From the NCBI RefSeq assembly GCF_006345805.1, contig NC_043011.1, positions 50,294,464-50,358,463 of the forward strand: DNA of 64,000 nucleotides. The letters run 5' to 3'. The notes beneath the pieces are model-generated. The model was not told the origin of the DNA and ran no database searches. It saw nothing but the letters and a program-made list of their open reading frames with translations. Shown piece by piece: positions 62,346-64,000 of this stretch. Position 1 is the first letter of the stretch; each line of letters begins with the position of its first letter. This DNA comes from Octopus sinensis (Eukaryota). The position numbers and the translations under genes are program-made.

Positions 62346-63600
62346 ACGGAGATATACTTGCATAGCAAGTGACCTGATCTGAGATCGTGTGTTGGAACGA
62401 AAACAATTGCAGCGTGTGTCCTTTTACGCTAGCTCCTCCGGCCCAAAACTAAAGAGAGCTGAATAACATGACTATAATACGTCTATAATGACTACATGTT
62501 CCGGTGGTGTTTGATCAGAGGTTAAGGACGGATGACAATTAATTCTGTAATGCAATCATTCTATTGTTCCTTCCCAAGTTGAATTCCAACTTTTGGCCAA
62601 TTTGTCCCAAATTTCTCGACTTAAAATTATGGAAGAGAATGTCATTTATATTTCCCTTGATCGCTGACGTCATCGGTGAAACGCCAACCAGGTTGGCGCG
62701 AATTACCCAAGCCGTGCTTGCTAGAAATAGTAACACAAACGCTTTTAAATCAGATCCCAATACTGGATTTCAAAAACCAAATGAAGGCCAAATTTTCAAT
62801 CACGGATTTATCATGATTCCAAAAATGTATAATATGTCTATGTAAAAACAAATATAGACTGAGATGACAGAGAGAATTTCGCGTTTATTAATATAGATGA
62901 ATTGAAATGAGAAAACTAAAGGGTGAAAAAGTTTTATGTAGATTTCGAATTGTCAAAAATTGTGGAATTAATATGTTTTTTTTTAATATCTTATTTGTAT
63001 AAACTAAATCAGTTACTCAGAAACTTCGTTCTTGGTTGAATGAATAATGTGTTGTTGTGGGTCAGAATTCCTATATTATTAGTTTGTTAAAGGATTGCTA
63101 GGCCATTGAGCTTTATGCATCTCTCACTTGATCCATAAAAACTCTACACTCTACTTACACACACACATGTTTGTGTTGACATACAATATATGTAGTTACA
63201 GACATTCCTCTCTGTTAATAGTATTATTGTTGTTGACAGTTATTCAAAAGGTGGTGGATTGGCAAATAGTATTAGTAGTGGAGATTGTATTGCTTTTAGT
63301 GCTGATAGCGTTGGTGATAGCGATGATGTTGATAATATTGCTAGTAACGGTGGTGGTACTCTGTTAATTTTATTATTTTATTTCATCTAAAGTCAACCCT
63401 TATTGCTCAACATATTGTCTTCTCCATTCTTACATTTCATACAATTTTTAATGTACCTATGATACCAAGTTATTTATTGTGATTGATTTTTCAAGATGTG
63501 GTTGCTTACATTGTTCGTAGCATTGTCACTGTAGATATTTAATATCACGTTAGTGGTGTTAGTATATATATATAAACCTCGCTAAGATAAATATTTCAAT

Positions 63601-63670
63601 TTCCTGAAGATTGACTGTAACCATAACTCGAATTATTACGAATTGGACAGCCATGAAACGATCGTAGTGT
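63601..63670 (+). ncRNA. Hammerhead-like motif with long helix II and degenerate helix I
   Basis: CTGAAGA-TTGACTGT...ACAGCCAT-GAAA-C(GATC)G-TA; helix I pairs at only 1-2 positions. Confidence 0.45.
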
Positions 63671-63795
63671 TTTATTCATTATCTTTTATTAAACTTTTAA
63701 TACTTTTGATATATATTTAAAATAATATAAATTAATTAATTTTATGTATTAAGTTTTTCATTGTTTGATTTGCCTAATAGTGGTTTCATTTCTAA

Positions 63796-63838
<43 letters not shown>

Positions 63839-64000
63839 ATATATCATTAATATTAATAATATGTACTAAAACTTATGTCAACACATTATCAACAGAATCC
63901 GTATTCGTGAAATTTTAGCTATTAAAACTCTAACAAAAAGAAACGCCAAAAGAATTTAACTTTAGACATTCATTCATTCAACCAAGAATGACGTTACTGA

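Overview
AT-rich eukaryotic genomic window with no recognisable host protein-coding gene. The (TA)n/(CA)n/(GATA)n/(AAT)n density and the tRNA-derived SINE families look like an octopod cephalopod genome (inference, not verified). It is almost entirely repeats: a near full-length but frameshifted L1/Tx1-clade LINE (minus, ~12.83-18.14 kb) fused tail-to-tail to a CR1-group LINE fragment (11.1-12.83 kb); a second CR1/L2-group LINE (56.1-59.4 kb) enclosed by ~115-bp inverted repeats; R4/Dong-, RTE- and Penelope-like (GIY-YIG) fragments; four Tc1/mariner relics (one DD37D/maT); at least four tRNA-SINE families; and MITE-like foldbacks. The ORF track misses the most striking signal, a set of minimal type I hammerhead ribozyme (HHR) motifs from about seven unrelated short repeat families. 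These include a 352-nt retrozyme-like monomer with 40-bp terminal redundancy (3697-4088), a tRNA-headed HHR-bearing SINE-like composite (48152-48454), a perfect palindrome carrying an HHR on each strand (36921-37062), and a hotspot of three HHR families within 560 bp. Most have a different self-complementary helix III, which suggests family-specific dimer cleavage and mobilisation by Penelope-like elements, whose decayed RT/GIY-YIG remnants are also in the window. All structures were folded by eye; none has been computed or tested.
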